Origin: Podarcis bocagei
Taxonomy: Eukaryota
Assembly: GCA_964188305.1 (NCBI GenBank)
Contig: OZ076889.1
Length of the DNA: 64,000 bases
Reading direction: 5' to 3' (one strand)
Positions 26,256 through 40,144 of this stretch are shown one piece after another. The translations under genes and the position numbers were made by a program. Each line of letters begins with the position of its first letter. The first letter of the stretch is position 1. The notes beneath the pieces are model-generated. The model had not been told where the DNA came from, searched no databases, and was given only the letters and a program-made list of their open reading frames with translations.

Positions 26256-26565
26256 AACTCGGTTCTGACAATTCTCTAAACCACAATTTGGAAGGATTAG
26301 AAACATGACACTGGTTTCCTCCTCAGTTTCCTGATTTGTTCTAGCTATAGCTTGTCATGGCATCCAAATCAAGCAAACCATAGTTGCCAGATTCCAAATC
26401 CATGCTTAGAACAACCAGGAAATAGAGAACATTAGATGGAAGGAGTGAAGCCATGGTCTATTTCCAGCCTTCAAATCACATTCTGAACGGGATGTCTGAG
26501 CTAGACAATGGGAAAATATTTAGGCTGCAATTCTGTACCCATTTACTTGGGACTAAGCCCTATGA

Positions 26566-26908
26566 CACAGGTGGCGCTGTGGGTTAAACTACAGAGCACA
26601 GGGCTTGCCAATCAGAAGGTCGGCGGTTTGAATCCCCGAGACGGGGTGAGCTCCTGTTGCTCGGTCCCTGCTCCTGCCAACCTAGCAGTTTGAAAGCACG
26701 AAGTGCAAGTAGATAAATAGGTACCACTCTGGTGGGAAGGTAAACGGCATTTCCATGTGCTGCTCTGGTTCACCAGAAGCGGCTTAGTCATGCTGGCCAC
26801 ATGACATGGAAGCTGTACGCCAGCTCCCTCAGCCAGTAAAGCGAGATGAGTGCTGCAAGCCCAGAGTCCTCTGCGACTGGACCTAATGGTCAGGGCTCCC
26901 TTTACCTT
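26566..26908 (+). mobile_element. Full-length Sauria SINE with 12-bp TSD
   Basis: Head CAGGTGGCGCTGTGGGTTAAA, B-box-like GGTTTGAATCC, tail CCTTTACCTTT. TSD TAAGCCCTATGA at 26554-26565 and 26909-26920. Confidence 0.93.
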
Positions 26909-28255
26909 TAAGCCCTATGAACTCAGTTACTTCTCAGTAGACATGAATAGAATTGCACTCTTAGTCATGTCACACAATTGAGACAAATAATAATCATAGC
27001 AGTGAGTAACAAACTGACCCTAACATCAGCTCATGGCTTCAGATACATACTTAGAATAAAGTCAAGTACCTATTTCACTGATGTTAATTCCACTTTTCTG
27101 CAAATGGTGAATAATAGAGGAGTATCTTCTACTTCACAACCACAATGCTTTTGCCCATTTGTTAGTACACTCACATCATTACCAGTATGTAGTACTGGAA
27201 TGAACCCTGATAGATGATATTTGCTTTTATATAAATGCTGCCTTCTGCCAGCCTTCTCACTTGAGTTGAAGCACTGGTCCCCGAGTTCCTTATTTATACA
27301 AATATAAGTATTCTAGTTTATTTTTGGGAGATGAGCAAGCCAACACTATCAGTAAAGGATTGAAGGAGTGTTAAGCCTGGCAATGATTTTTCCAGCATGA
27401 ATATCAGGAGAATTTATTGCGAACTTATTGGAAACCTTCACAGGAAACTGAAAAATCACCAAACTATAAATTGTCAAAACTAGAAATGGATCCTATAGTA
27501 TAAACACAAACACACACACAAATTTCTCTCAGCAACTGCTATGGCAAGCTACACCATTTTATCTGCATTCAGAAGAAGGCATGTGGGTACAATCAAGAAG
27601 TACTAGCCTAACAATTTAGTCAGTCTCTCTGGCACGAGCTATCACAAATCACCACCCATGGAAATCTGGACAAGTAAGTGTATATGGCATATCAAAATGG
27701 CAGCCAATAAGAACTACCAACTGACTAGATTTTTAGTAGTCTGAAAGGGCCTGTTTGCAGTTAAAGCCTCGTCTCAGTGCCAAGCAATTTTTAAATTTAA
27801 ATGAATAAATAAGCAGTAAAGATACATGTGAGCAGCGGTGGTTTTTCAGTCTTTCTGGGAGAGGTAATACTGGCAACAATACCGCATACAAGTACATGCA
27901 CAAATATAAAGAGCAGGGAGGTCAGACATTCATCCTTCAATGATTAATTAGTGTGACTGGATAACTAATTGCGATTCTTTTTGTCTGGAATCAAAATAAT
28001 TTCATTCAACAATTGTCCACTGATTTCACTTTCCGTATTTGTTTGTTTCAAAGTACACCTTTTATTTGGCAGTGAAAGGAGGTTAGGGAAAGAGGTAGAC
28101 GAAAGAGACAGGCAACAGGAGTAAAGAGAGACCCAATACCATATGGCACATAGGCATATTAATTACTGCTGCTTTTTAATTAACAATTGCTTAATCTGAG
28201 CAGTAACATTTGCCTTGACATCTTTTGACTCTCTCCTAACCTGTGAAGTGCGCAT

Positions 28256-28395
28256 NNNNNNNNNNNNNNNNNNNNNNNNNNNNNNNNNNNNNNNNNNNNN
28301 NNNNNNNNNNNNNNNNNNNNNNNNNNNNNNNNNNNNNNNNNNNNNNNNNNNNNNNNNNNNNNNNNNNNNNNNNNNNNNNNNNNNNNNNNNNNNNN
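28256..28395. other. Assembly gap (140 N)
   Basis: Run of N. Confidence 1.
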
Positions 28396-29941
28396 AGAGA
28401 GAGCACAGAGATCAGCTGGTTTTGCTGTATGGACAGATCTCTCACTGAGAGCAAGCACACGTAACAGCATATACATGTTATCTTCTAGAATTTTAAAATG
28501 AAGTATTTGCAGATCTGTGGGCAAGCTACAAGAATCTGTTCTCTGTATTGGGAGAACTGTACATGTAATGCAGTGGTGTACATGTACAAAAACACAGAAA
28601 TGTTTATCCTTAAAGCAGCACAAAGCTCATCAAAATGTTCAGCAACCCACGTACTGTATGCTCTCGTTACAGAGGTAGCTATATTATGACAGTGCTCTGA
28701 AGCAACTGTTTCAAATTGCAGTTTTAACCATATACAAAAACTGTAAAGTTAGATTCTCAAATATATTCTTCTCATAAAGTTTTTGAAGCAAGAGAGCTAA
28801 GCTAATGTGTTTGTAGCAAGAGTCTGTAGATGCTCTTAATTGTCATTTCAACTCTGCACATATCTTACTAAAAGATTCCTTCTGCCAACATAAAATCATC
28901 ACCTCACATCCGTCCGCTTTGCTCTTCTGAATGTTGGGTAAATAACTTCTCCTGCCAAGAATATACTTGTCACCGATAGCAACCAGAAACTCCATGGCCT
29001 CAAGTCTTCCCCAATGAGCACCTTCAACTGTCATGGAACCTTCTGCCATCAAAGATTCTGCTCTCGCCACCTTTACACATTTGACCCCCTGAGTAAGTCA
29101 CAGCAGATAAGACACCCACATGCATCATCTGTGTCTGTGCCTTCCACCTCACTGCCAAGTAGCACTGAGTGGCGGGGAGAAAGCAAGAGCCCACAAGCAC
29201 AACAGCAACATTCCAGAAGGCAGCAAAAACTCTGTATTTGCTTTCTACTTGGGCAGCAGGTGCACTTTCCAAAATGCTGAGGTAGCCGAGGAGAATAGAG
29301 TGCACAACACTGTAAGAGACAGCAAGGTCTACTTAGATCTGTGAGTTAGAAACTGCTAGGAGCCAAATGGCTCTTGGGACCTGGGTTGTGGGCGCCAAAA
29401 CAATGTACAGTCGCCATTTGGGGGGGGGGGTTCAGCAACACTTTTTATTTATTATTTTGATAAGCATGAACTAGTACACAATTCACATAAGTGAGACTGT
29501 TAATATCACTTTAACAGAAATTATTAATACATGTTAAATTTAGTGTTTACAATAAAAATATTAGTACCATACTTCAGTTTTCAAAACACTCTACTATTTA
29601 TTGCTAAACTCCTTAACATATTGTTTATCCTTAACATATACTTTGAGGCTTCAAAGCACAAACATTTCAGTAATCCTGAAGTTGCAGCCGGCTCAAAACA
29701 TGGCACCCAGACTTTTTGAGGTGCTCGCAAATGGAGAATCTTTAGGCACAAAATGCAGCTGGTGCCCTGCTAGTTTCGAACCCTGTCTGTGAGGGTCTAT
29801 TTTTAAGCTTGGAAAAGAAAAGTAATCAGAAGATGAGAGGATTCACTTCGATTAGAAAAAAACCCTCTGATTCTGTAAATAGTATATGGGCTAAAAAGGA
29901 GCAAATATCAATTTTGTCCAAACTTGAATGTCAAAAAGCAA

Positions 29942-30036
29942 TCTGAAGAAGTATGCATGCACACGAAAGCTTATACCAAGAACAAACTTAGTTGGTGTCT
30001 AAGGTGCTACTGGACAATTCTTTTATTTTTTTATAT
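29942..30036 (+). mobile_element. PLE pLTR micro-insertion with damaged hammerhead motif
   Basis: TCTGAAGAAGTATGCATGCACACGAAAGCTTATACCAAGAAC.... 14-bp TSD ATGTCAAAAAGCAA at 29928-29941 and 30037-30050. Confidence 0.82.
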
Positions 30037-31469
30037 ATGTCAAAAAGCAAGATGCTCCACTCACTAGTTCCTGAATGCACTCCACAGATAAATCCAAGAA
30101 GTTCAGAACATGGAATGGTACAAGCAAGAGCTGTGCACTGCAAGTACAGTAAGCCCTCCAAGGATCTCACTTAAAGCCCAAATTGTGTATAGTCAAAACA
30201 CAATGGCAGTCCCACCCGCCATTGCACCCAAAGTATTTTTTCCTGGATGCTCACTCCCCCTTTTTTTAAATTGCCAAACACATAAAGCTGAATGAGCACA
30301 TAAATTGTGAACTTACTATACGGTAGTAGTACAGCAAATTGTTGCATATAAGTATGAAGGCCAAGCATGCACACAGCAGTAGGCAATATGTGCAAATATA
30401 CAAACATACATGCATACACACATCCTTTCCCACTCCAGAAGCCATGACCAATCTGAGATGCATGAAGATTCCTTCCAGTACCAAAATATGAAGATTAGAC
30501 TGAAAATTCACTATGTAGCACATCACACGCTACATCAACAGCATTCTGTCTAGATTAAACAAACCCTAATCTCAAGGAAGCATAGGGAGAGAATATATTC
30601 TAAACCCTATTCACATATGTACCCTGTGTTTTGGACAATTCTCTGGCTTTCTTGCACCTTCTATCACATTCTAGCTGAAAAAGGAGGCGAAATAAAATTT
30701 TTAACTTCTGACACTGAGCTGGCAGGAGCTTATTTTTGGTAGAAAGTCGGAACATACTCTTGTCATATTTTAATAACCACAGTCTTAGAGATCCAAATTC
30801 ATACAGCTTCAGGGCAATTCCCATTCAGTTCCAAACTCTGAAAGTTCAGCCCCTCCCAACATTCAACCAAACCGGTTTGCCCAATTCATTCTTTCAGGCT
30901 TCAGAACTACCAAGAAAGGAAGAGACTAAGGCCAGGCACAGCACTCAGTTTACCACCCAAAACGTCTTCTCCCCAAGTTGTGAATGCCAGGATTCAAATA
31001 CATCAGCATGCAAGCATGCAGCTACTCTTTGCCAAAGGTTAGAAGAAGTAGAAGAAATGAAACACTTAATTCTTTCATTTAAGTTTGTAAATATTTTTTA
31101 TTTTATTAATTTATTTCATAAAATTTATATGCCATTCACTATAAAAAAAAAATCAAAACACTTAACAAAAGATAAAACAGTAAAATAAAAAAAACACACA
31201 TATTGTTTTAAAGAAGTGGAGATGCCAATATGTTCAAGGTTCAACAGTCAATCCTTTCCTAGCAAAGTCCTGTAAATTTCCCCAAGTCTGTTTGTCTCTC
31301 CCTTAAAAATAGAATCTGTTGCCTATATTCTGGCAAAAGATCACAAAAAAGTAATGGAAAGGAAATGCTTTATGAACCCAGGAAGATGGACCCTATGCAA
31401 AGAAGGTGGGGTGATGAAGAACAGACTTGCCCCAACTATCCTAACTAGCAACGTACTATTATTAACTTA

Positions 31470-31840
31470 CCTAAACATTTCTACATCATCCTTTACTGTA
31501 CTTGAATTTTAGGGTGATGTGCAACAAAAAATCATATCATAATGAAAATTACAATAAAACAGCAAAAAAAAATGTTAAAAACAAACCAAAGTTTACAACA
31601 GACTAAGATACTTGGGTAAATAATAACATTTTTTCCAGGCACCAGGCACACTGCAATGTATGCATCAAGTGTGCCTCTTTGGGGAGGGCATTCCATAGGC
31701 ATAACGCCACTATTGAGAAGATTCTGTCTCTTGCGGTCAAATGTATCTCTGATAAAGGAGGTACATGGACATGGATCTCAGCAGATCTTAAAATGTAGGC
31801 AAGTTGGTACTGAAAGAGATGCTCCTTCAGGCATAAGAGA
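31470..31840 (-). mobile_element. L2 LINE 3' fragment
   Basis: ORF 31603-31863 contains RDRIFSIVALCLWNALP, matching the L2 ORF2 C-terminal RAFSVAAPxLWNxLP motif, followed by a T-rich 3' UTR. Confidence 0.75.
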
Positions 31841-33368
31841 TGCCACAAACAACACTTTTTCATGCCTAGAGTTTCATTTTTCTGCTTATTTTATTCTCGG
31901 CATTCAGCAAATGATCTGGATATATCTGAGGCTAAGGCTAAGTAGCTCGGAAACTGAACAGTCTTTTTTAAAAAAGATTTATTTTCAAGTACTGTTGCAC
32001 TGAGAACAGTGATTTTCTAGGCCACCTTATAAAGGTTATTTCACAGAATTCTTTCTGTCCTCCAACTGCCAAGGAGAAACGTGTCACACAGGAAGCTGCC
32101 CTAAGCCTCATGGCTCATCACCTATGTTGAAACCCCAAAGTCTACATACTGCACCGAACTACTTGATATTTTGAATTCCAGTCTGTGGAGACTTGTACAA
32201 GGTGTAGTAAGGAAGGGAGCAATACCTCCCCTAGGACCACTTCAGAATGCTACAACTTGGCCTTTAGATTGACTAAGCAACACTAGTGCTGGCCAGCAAT
32301 GAGTTTGCACAGCTATCTGAAGGATAAAGTATTTTCTCTCACAAACCTTTACTCACATTCAGTCTTTGCTTAAACATGTGAAGAGTTGAACGATATTCCT
32401 CCCCAAGTGTGGGTAATAGGAAGTCTTTAGAAAACAGCTCTTAATCTTAAAAGGCTTTGGGTTCAGGAGGAGAAGAAGAACCTGGGATTGCTCAGAGTGG
32501 CTTTTTACCCTTTAATTAACACACAAACACATGGAAATGTGGAAAGGGATTAGAAAATAAAATCTGCAAGAGCTAAAATGAATTTAAAGCATTACAGTAA
32601 ATTAGAAGAGATTTAAGGAAGCAAGGATTGGCTTAGTCCAGGTACCCCCTTTAATGGGATCACACCTATGGATGCTTTCATCTACTACTTTCATCTAGCT
32701 AAAAAGCAACTTTTTATTTTGGAATAAGCCCACCCCATGCACTAATAGTCATTAAAAGAACATGACAACTTCCCTTCAATGTCCCATGCTCTTGCACTTC
32801 ATACTTTTCTATAGTCTAGTGTTGCTTCTAGTGTTGACATTCATTAGTGAACAATGCAAAACAATGTGAAACCCTGTCCAGATTCTGTTGCTTTCCAAGT
32901 TTTTCCTATTTCTCCAAATCCTTGAGTCTGAAGAGGAGTTGAAAATAATTCTATGGCAGTTGTCTCCCTGAAGCTGGAGCCAGGGAGAAGTTGCATAGAC
33001 TTACATTTCATACAGTCTCCTTTCTCCTAGCTCATAAAGAAGTGAGAATTGTAGACAATTCCATTGTACAACTGGGGACTCTATTTTTGACAAAGGAAAT
33101 AACATTTGAAAGTCCAGTCCAGGGGGTTAGACCGTCAAGACTATGTGCAGCAGGTAAAGTATTTACAAGATAATGAAAATTTTCACAGGAGGTGTTCAAC
33201 TGGTGGGAATGAAGATGAATTAGAAAAGGATCTATGGGCTTCTAATGCAGCCTAGAACAACCTTTGCATATCCACCATTTTAAGCAAAACTTAGCACTTC
33301 AATAGGGGACCACATAGTTAACAATGAGCAGGAATTGGCCTCTCTAATACAGTCACTTGCCTTCCCCT

Positions 33369-33546
33369 AGAAGGGCCATAGGTCAATATTCCATGTAGAA
33401 GGTCTCATGTACAATCCATGGTATCTCCAGATACAGCTAGAAAAGATTCCGCCTGAAACCCTGAAGAGCCACTGCCAGTTGATCTATAGAATACAGATCT
33501 AGACAAACCAATGATCTGACTTGATACAAGGTCACTTCCTATGTGC
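33369..33546 (+). mobile_element. tRNA-derived SINE (family of 24207-24430), degraded
   Basis: GCCTGAAACCCTGAAGAGCCACTGCCAG...CTAGAC...TCTGACTT...CTTCCTATGT. Confidence 0.72.
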
Positions 33547-33794
33547 CTTTCATTAGAATGAGGGGGGGAAATAGCCAACTTTTAAATCCTTCCACAGTAG
33601 CAGAGTTTCTTCCGCCATTATTATCCTATATAAGATGCCAAGGCTAGAATTGGAAGCCTTCATCTCTTCTGCGGAGAGGAGTGACTGGGTGAGGCAACCG
33701 GCCTGCTTTCGCTGCCTTCAGCGACTGAAAAAGTGCCAGGCGTTGGCATCCTGGTTTCACCCACTGCTTGCTTTCTGCTGAGCTCTTGAAAAGA

Positions 33795-34014
33795 NNNNNN
33801 NNNNNNNNNNNNNNNNNNNNNNNNNNNNNNNNNNNNNNNNNNNNNNNNNNNNNNNNNNNNNNNNNNNNNNNNNNNNNNNNNNNNNNNNNNNNNNNNNNNN
33901 NNNNNNNNNNNNNNNNNNNNNNNNNNNNNNNNNNNNNNNNNNNNNNNNNNNNNNNNNNNNNNNNNNNNNNNNNNNNNNNNNNNNNNNNNNNNNNNNNNNN
34001 NNNNNNNNNNNNNN
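33795..34014. other. Assembly gap (220 N)
   Basis: Run of N. Confidence 1.
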
Positions 34015-34771
34015 TGAGGGCAGAAGGAAGCTGAACGCCAAGTTTTGTTAATCAGGGACGACTAATTAAATAGTGACGTTGCACACACAGGGGCTCCTGC
34101 CTTACTGTTTGGGAGACTCAGGAAACCATATGTGTGTGAGAGACTGGGTCTAAGCGAGGGTAACAGAACCTTCCTCATTGTGTCACCCTGAAGGGTTTCA
34201 AAAAGGAGGAGGGCATAGAGAAGAGGCTACTGCTTGCCAGCACTAATCTGTTCAGAGATGGCAACTGAATTTTTAAACTTTTGTTCTGTTGCCACCGGGA
34301 AGGCTATTTCATGCTATAACGAATAATGCATGTTTCCAACACGACTGCTCTTATAAAAGACATCGTCGAAATATAATTGTGCATATGCAGTGCCTCTGGA
34401 CTTGCATGTGAATAACTCTAGCCAATAGTTTCCTCTGTTTTTAGAATGAATCTGGTCATTCGCAACTTCTGACACCCCAAAACAAGTGTAGTCCTCTATC
34501 AAACCAATTAAGGCAACCTAGGTTTACCACCAAGTTCACACCAGATGCATCTTAGGCATATACCTAAGAATGGGATTTAAAAAGCCAAAGAACATTTAAG
34601 AGCTCAGATCCGAGTTTTCCAAATTTTCCATCATATCGTATAACCCCCCTAGTTTATACCAAACTATACATAAAAAGTGATACAGAACAAAAAGGTCTTG
34701 CTTTTAATCAAGTACAAACCACAATGAGGATAGATTACCAGATTTCAGGAAAGTGATTATAACCAACAGCC

Positions 34772-34865
34772 CTGCAAAGAACAAAATCCTGTGGCGTCTT
34801 ACAGACTAACAGATGTATTGCAGTGCAAGTATTTGTGAACTAGAGTATCAACAGATACCTGAAGC
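34772..34865 (-). mobile_element. Old, diverged PLE terminus of a different subfamily
   Basis: AAAATCCTGTGGCGTCTTACAGACTAACAGATGTATT resembles reversed reptilian PLE ends (…GTGGCACCTTAAAGACTAAC…). The hammerhead region is eroded. Confidence 0.5.
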
Positions 34866-37800
34866 ATGATCCTCAACTGACGATAAGGCTACGGAGGCTT
34901 GAAGGTGGGGGACAGGAGACGAGGCATGTAAATAGCAAGGCCAGAAGTGTATGAAATGCAAAGAGATATATCCTGTGACATTTCTGTGGAAAGCTCAAAT
35001 GTATGTAATATATACAGAGTGGCCTCTCTTATTCCCAAGAAAAGAGCAAGAGAACTACTAAGAACTGTCATATCCTCACCTGTTAACTAGGGATTATTGG
35101 GGGGGCTTTTTGCAAGGTAAAAAGGGGGAGCAATCCAGAGACAGGGCAAATCTGCGATCTGGGGCAAAATGTACTACCCCACTGCCTCTGAAGGAATGGA
35201 GTCCCTGAATACTCTATGAAAGTGGGGAAAAGGAAAAGAGCTATGTTTCTGAAGGACAAGCATTCAGACACCATTTTCTTGTTAAATATTTTCTGCATGT
35301 GCAAATTAACTTATATTCACATTAATACCAGAATATGCACAATGCAGTTCTTAAGGACTAGATATTTCTCCACTCGCTTGGCAAACCCAAGTGATAATAA
35401 GTACCAATTGTCACTGCAGGTACAAGCCAGACTAAGAGTGTAATATTCAAGTGTGGCTTATAGCAAAGGATACTATGAATCTATAAACTAGATTTTTTCC
35501 CATTTCATTTTTATATATATAAAAAATAACACCTATTTTTTGCAACCCAGGCTTGTAATCGAAATCATATAAATTGTATGACTTTTCAACAACTAAGGCT
35601 CAGAGCTATGCATGCCAACCTTGAGAATATGTACCACTGAACATGCAGGGTTTAAAGCTGTTTTTCCATAACAGTATTTTTTAAAAATGAGATTCATCCT
35701 ATGCATACATCCCACTGCTTTCAATGCTTATTTCCAATAAACATATATAGGATTTCAGGCTATCATGCAAAGGCCAGACCTACAGTGCTAAGAATTTAGG
35801 CACTGAAAATGGACCAAAAAAGTGAGAGGGCAAATGAAATTTCTAGTTTCATGTGAACAAACCCTCCATTTTATTCAGCATTAGAAAACTAAGGTGACAC
35901 ATACTGACATAAGTTATTCAAAATATGCTGGAAAATGTATTACTTGAGCGTGCGGTTTTTTATGGAATAAAAAAAGGACTTAAAATATCTAAATGAGAAT
36001 ATACTTTGAAGTTGTAAGAAGGAGCACACCATCCAATATCAACCTTGCCCACTCTAGAATGGTTTCACTACCACAGTACTACAGCTACTTGACTTAGTGC
36101 ATAGCAGGGGGAGGTTGGATTGCTCTGGAAGACTGCAATCTTAAACCCTCTTGCCTAGGAGTAAGCTCCATTGAACTTAGTGGGATTTACATCAAACAAG
36201 TATAGGGCTCTAATGTACATCTTTCAAGCTTGATGCATATAAGTCACAATAGAAGTGAAAATTATACCAATCCTGATGTCTCCACCCCTCTGGAAGTGCA
36301 TGCCTAGAGATCCTTGGATCTGGACTGTTTTCACACACTAAAAACGCAACCCGCAGAATTCTATCTGTTATATTTTATCTGCGCAATCACAATTAATTTC
36401 AGGAAGCAAAAAGTCTTGTTGAAAAAGATGGCTTTTGAGCTGTCTGGCCCAAAATAGCAACTACGCATTCCGTTTTGGTGACTGTAACCCTGGTTTAAGG
36501 AGCCATTTGTTGCCTAGCTTATATATCAGAGTTTCTAACGCTGCTCCACAATGAACTGCACTGTGAACTTCCATAACCAATTGAAGTATCAGGGTAAGCA
36601 TAGGAGGCTGCAACTAAACTAACAAGCTTCTAAGGGTAGCATAAAACCAGGACTGTTGAAGCATTTTATAGTCTAAAGTTCAATTTATGCTCTGTAAGAC
36701 CAACACCTAACCTGAAGTTCTATCATCAAACAAACCCCTGACTGTTCCACGAAGATCATCTTTGGTACAGGAGATGACCAACTAACCATGCTGTTCTGCT
36801 TAGTAGAAAAATACATTTAAATATAGAAACCTTGAAAGCATCACTTTCCCAAAGGGCCCAGAGAAAAAAATTCTGAGTTTTCCAAGTCAATCAGTGATGA
36901 TGAAACTAAGAAGAGGGATGCATACACCTTCCAACTTTTTTCCTTTGCATAATAATAATACATGAAGCTGCTGTCTTAGTGCAGAATCTACTTAACAAAA
37001 TTAAGAAATCAGTAATTCAAGGGATACACACAATAGGAACAGCTCAGTTATCACTTTATATCTAACACACCAAGCTGTGTTCAGGTTCACAACTAACTGG
37101 AGCATAATATTGACCACGATTTAATCATGACTTGATATTTCTCCTCCTACCCCTTGATGGTTTAGAACAAGCAAGTGACAAAACACAGCCTACAGAGTGT
37201 AAATGGGTCTTGAACATTTTTGCGAGCCCTTGAAAAGATAAGCTTGAAATCAAAATAGCAAAGTGCATTGTAGGCTCAGAAATGGGTGAAAAAGTAGAAA
37301 GCCCAGCATTATTAGTAGTAGAACACATAGTTAGTATGCAAAATGTGCTATGTTCAATTCCCAACTGAACTAGATGGTCTACCCCTTAGACACTACTAGG
37401 TTCAACCAAAGGTAACCCTTGGGTAATTATTAATTACGCTCCAAAACATTTCATTTATTTGAGGTCCAAACTATTTTATGGCTTTTGCTGTGCTACCACA
37501 TCAGGTTCTCACATTTGGGGATTTTTTTGTAGTTTCTATTAGTAATAGGCCAACCAGCTAAGGAATGGAGTCAGTGGCACATGCCTGATTTCCAACTAGT
37601 TTTATTTTTAAACTTTATGTCAATTATAGTTGGCAAATCTGTTAGCATTTTTAAGTTGCATATGCTTAAATATATTCATCCTAATAATAGTTTCCTACTT
37701 TCATTCTGAAAGAGGAATTGCATCCGCAGCCATATTCACATAAATAAGAATTATGCCAATTACACATTAACCTGCAAAAATACTTGCTATGCAAAAATGA

Positions 37801-40116
37801 ACTCCAGTGGAGTTTTCTTAAACGTGCATATGGTTTAATTTACAAAATTTCATTCACTTTTGCCGAATCAGTAGCTCTGCCTGTAGGGGAAGCCATTTCT
37901 GCATGACAAGTCTATGCTCTCAGCTGCGACTGTCGTTAATCAGAAACACTACCATTTCTCAACAACAGTTGTATAAAAACAGCTATGAAAGGACCAAACT
38001 AAGCAGAGAAGCTAGGTGAAATAGCCATTAAACAGACTTGCTGGTAAGTTTACACTGTTGTCTTCCATGATTATCATTTTATATCCAGACAGATGGACAG
38101 ATAGGGCAAAAAACTTTAATTTCAAAATACTTCTGTAGAGTCTAATCACTAGAGGGATCCCAGTCTGAGGAAGAACACAACAGGATTGAAAACAGTAGCT
38201 GTAAGGTGAACGATACATACAAGTTTATATTCTTGCCAGGTCTGTGAGAACACTTAAGTACCATTAACAGGAGTGGCCTTCCTAAAGCAATGGAGATTGA
38301 GGAAGTGAAAATTTTGTTCTCTACTGCTCATGCTATTCTGTTGCAATCTAAAATTTGCTCCATCCATCTATTCATGATCATGTTATAGAACTAGGGAGAC
38401 ATAGAGTTTGAATAACTCTGCAGTTTCAGTGTAATACAGAAGAGAAGAGAAAAACACTTCAAGATATAGTTTATTTAAATAATTTTTAAAGAAATAATAA
38501 AAAAGCTTGTGCGAATAAGTCAGTACCTTTGATTGCCAGCTTTTTGTTTAAGAAAGCAGAAAAGGGGACAAAGAGTTGAGAAGTTAATAAAGTGGGGAAA
38601 GAAGTCTATTCATATTGAAGGAGTCTGTCTCGTCTCGTGGGAAGAACCGAAATTTACAACAAAAAAATTACTTCAGCAGAGAAAAGAAGCAGGTTTAAGT
38701 GAAGGTGCTCTACGTTTTTAATTGAAAGGGAGAGTCAAATGAAATATCCAATATCCCCATTTGAAAGAGAATGAAAACCCAGCTACATTGGCAAGAAATT
38801 GCTAAAGCACTATTTTTTTTCCTGAAGTCTTCTTAGGAAGTAGAAGGAAGAGGAGGTTTCCTTTCTATACAGTATATGAAGACACCCCAAGAAAGGCGGG
38901 GGCAGAAACAAGTTTTATTCATTTATTTTATATAAGAAGAGTAAGATAATAAAAGAAAGTTTTATAATGTCACAGTTTGGAAGAAGCAGTAGAGGGGGGG
39001 AGAGAGTGTGTTTTAAAAAAGCAGCTAAGAACAGAAGGACTAGCTCTAACCACCCGCTGCACAAGCCTCCTTCCCAACGAGATTCAATTAATTGATAACA
39101 AGAGGCATCAAATTAATTTTTCAAGGATGTTAGATTTTGATGAAGGAAAAAATCTCTCTGATTTTAATCGGGGCGGCGTTTAAAAGGCATAAATGAATAT
39201 CCCTTTCTAATCATCTGAGGCGCCGAGGAAGCGCCAAGCGGTTAACGTGCAAATTCAAACCGTTTAATTAGGGGGGGCAGGGAGGAGGCAGCATGGGGAA
39301 GGAAAACAGTTTCTCTTTTAAGAAGCTTTTATGAAGAATTTTTTTTATTAAAAAAAACACCCTCTCGCCATTATGTACTTGTGCAACACGCAAAATTTCG
39401 GCTTGGGACAAAGTCAGGAGTTTTACTCTCGAATAGAGATAATTTCCCATCACAACCTAATTAAACAGAAAAGAAAATACAAAAATGGAAACAATTTAAA
39501 CCGTGGATGAAAAAAGAAAATGAATGGAATTGCAACTCTTAGCCACACTATGCCCTCAGTGTTTCCTGCTACTGGAAACCTACCTCACACACTTGAACAT
39601 GTATAAAAGTGTGCAGGAAAGAAAGGAGACATGCACAACACACAAAATTAAAGTAATGAAAGGAAGCCTCATCTCCCACCTTGATTTGCGTGTTTACATT
39701 TTTACAGGATAGAGAGGCTCTGAATGACTTTGCTGCTCTGCAAGCAGGGATTTAGCTCATGGAAAGCTCATGCGAATTCACCAGCGGAAGACATCAAATA
39801 CAATTAGTTTGCATATGCTGTGTCCAGTCTCCTTCATTCATAGCTTATACAAGAGAAGTCATTACCAGTCATGGGACAAATTTACACCTCAACAAGATTT
39901 TCAGATAGCAGCACCACCACCACCCTGCCCAATTTCACATTTGGTCTCACATTCAGTAAAAGGTTTAATATGTGAATTAAAACATACTGCCCCACCATGT
40001 AGCATGAAAGTCAAATGTGGGGGGTTTAGTTGTCATTTCAAGCATTAGCTACATACAGCTAATGGCTTAATCACCAATTCAGAAACAGACAAAAGCATTT
40101 CTGGCCCTACTAAGCC

Positions 40117-40144
40117 TGTGTGTGTGTGTGTGTGTGTGTGTGTG
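40117..40144. repeat. (TG)n microsatellite
   Basis: Seen directly in the sequence. Confidence 0.95.

Noticed and set aside
29942-29976. Second functional hammerhead
   Set aside because: The 5' arm of stem I is truncated, stem II has a mismatch (GTATGC), and it is antisense to FOXP4.
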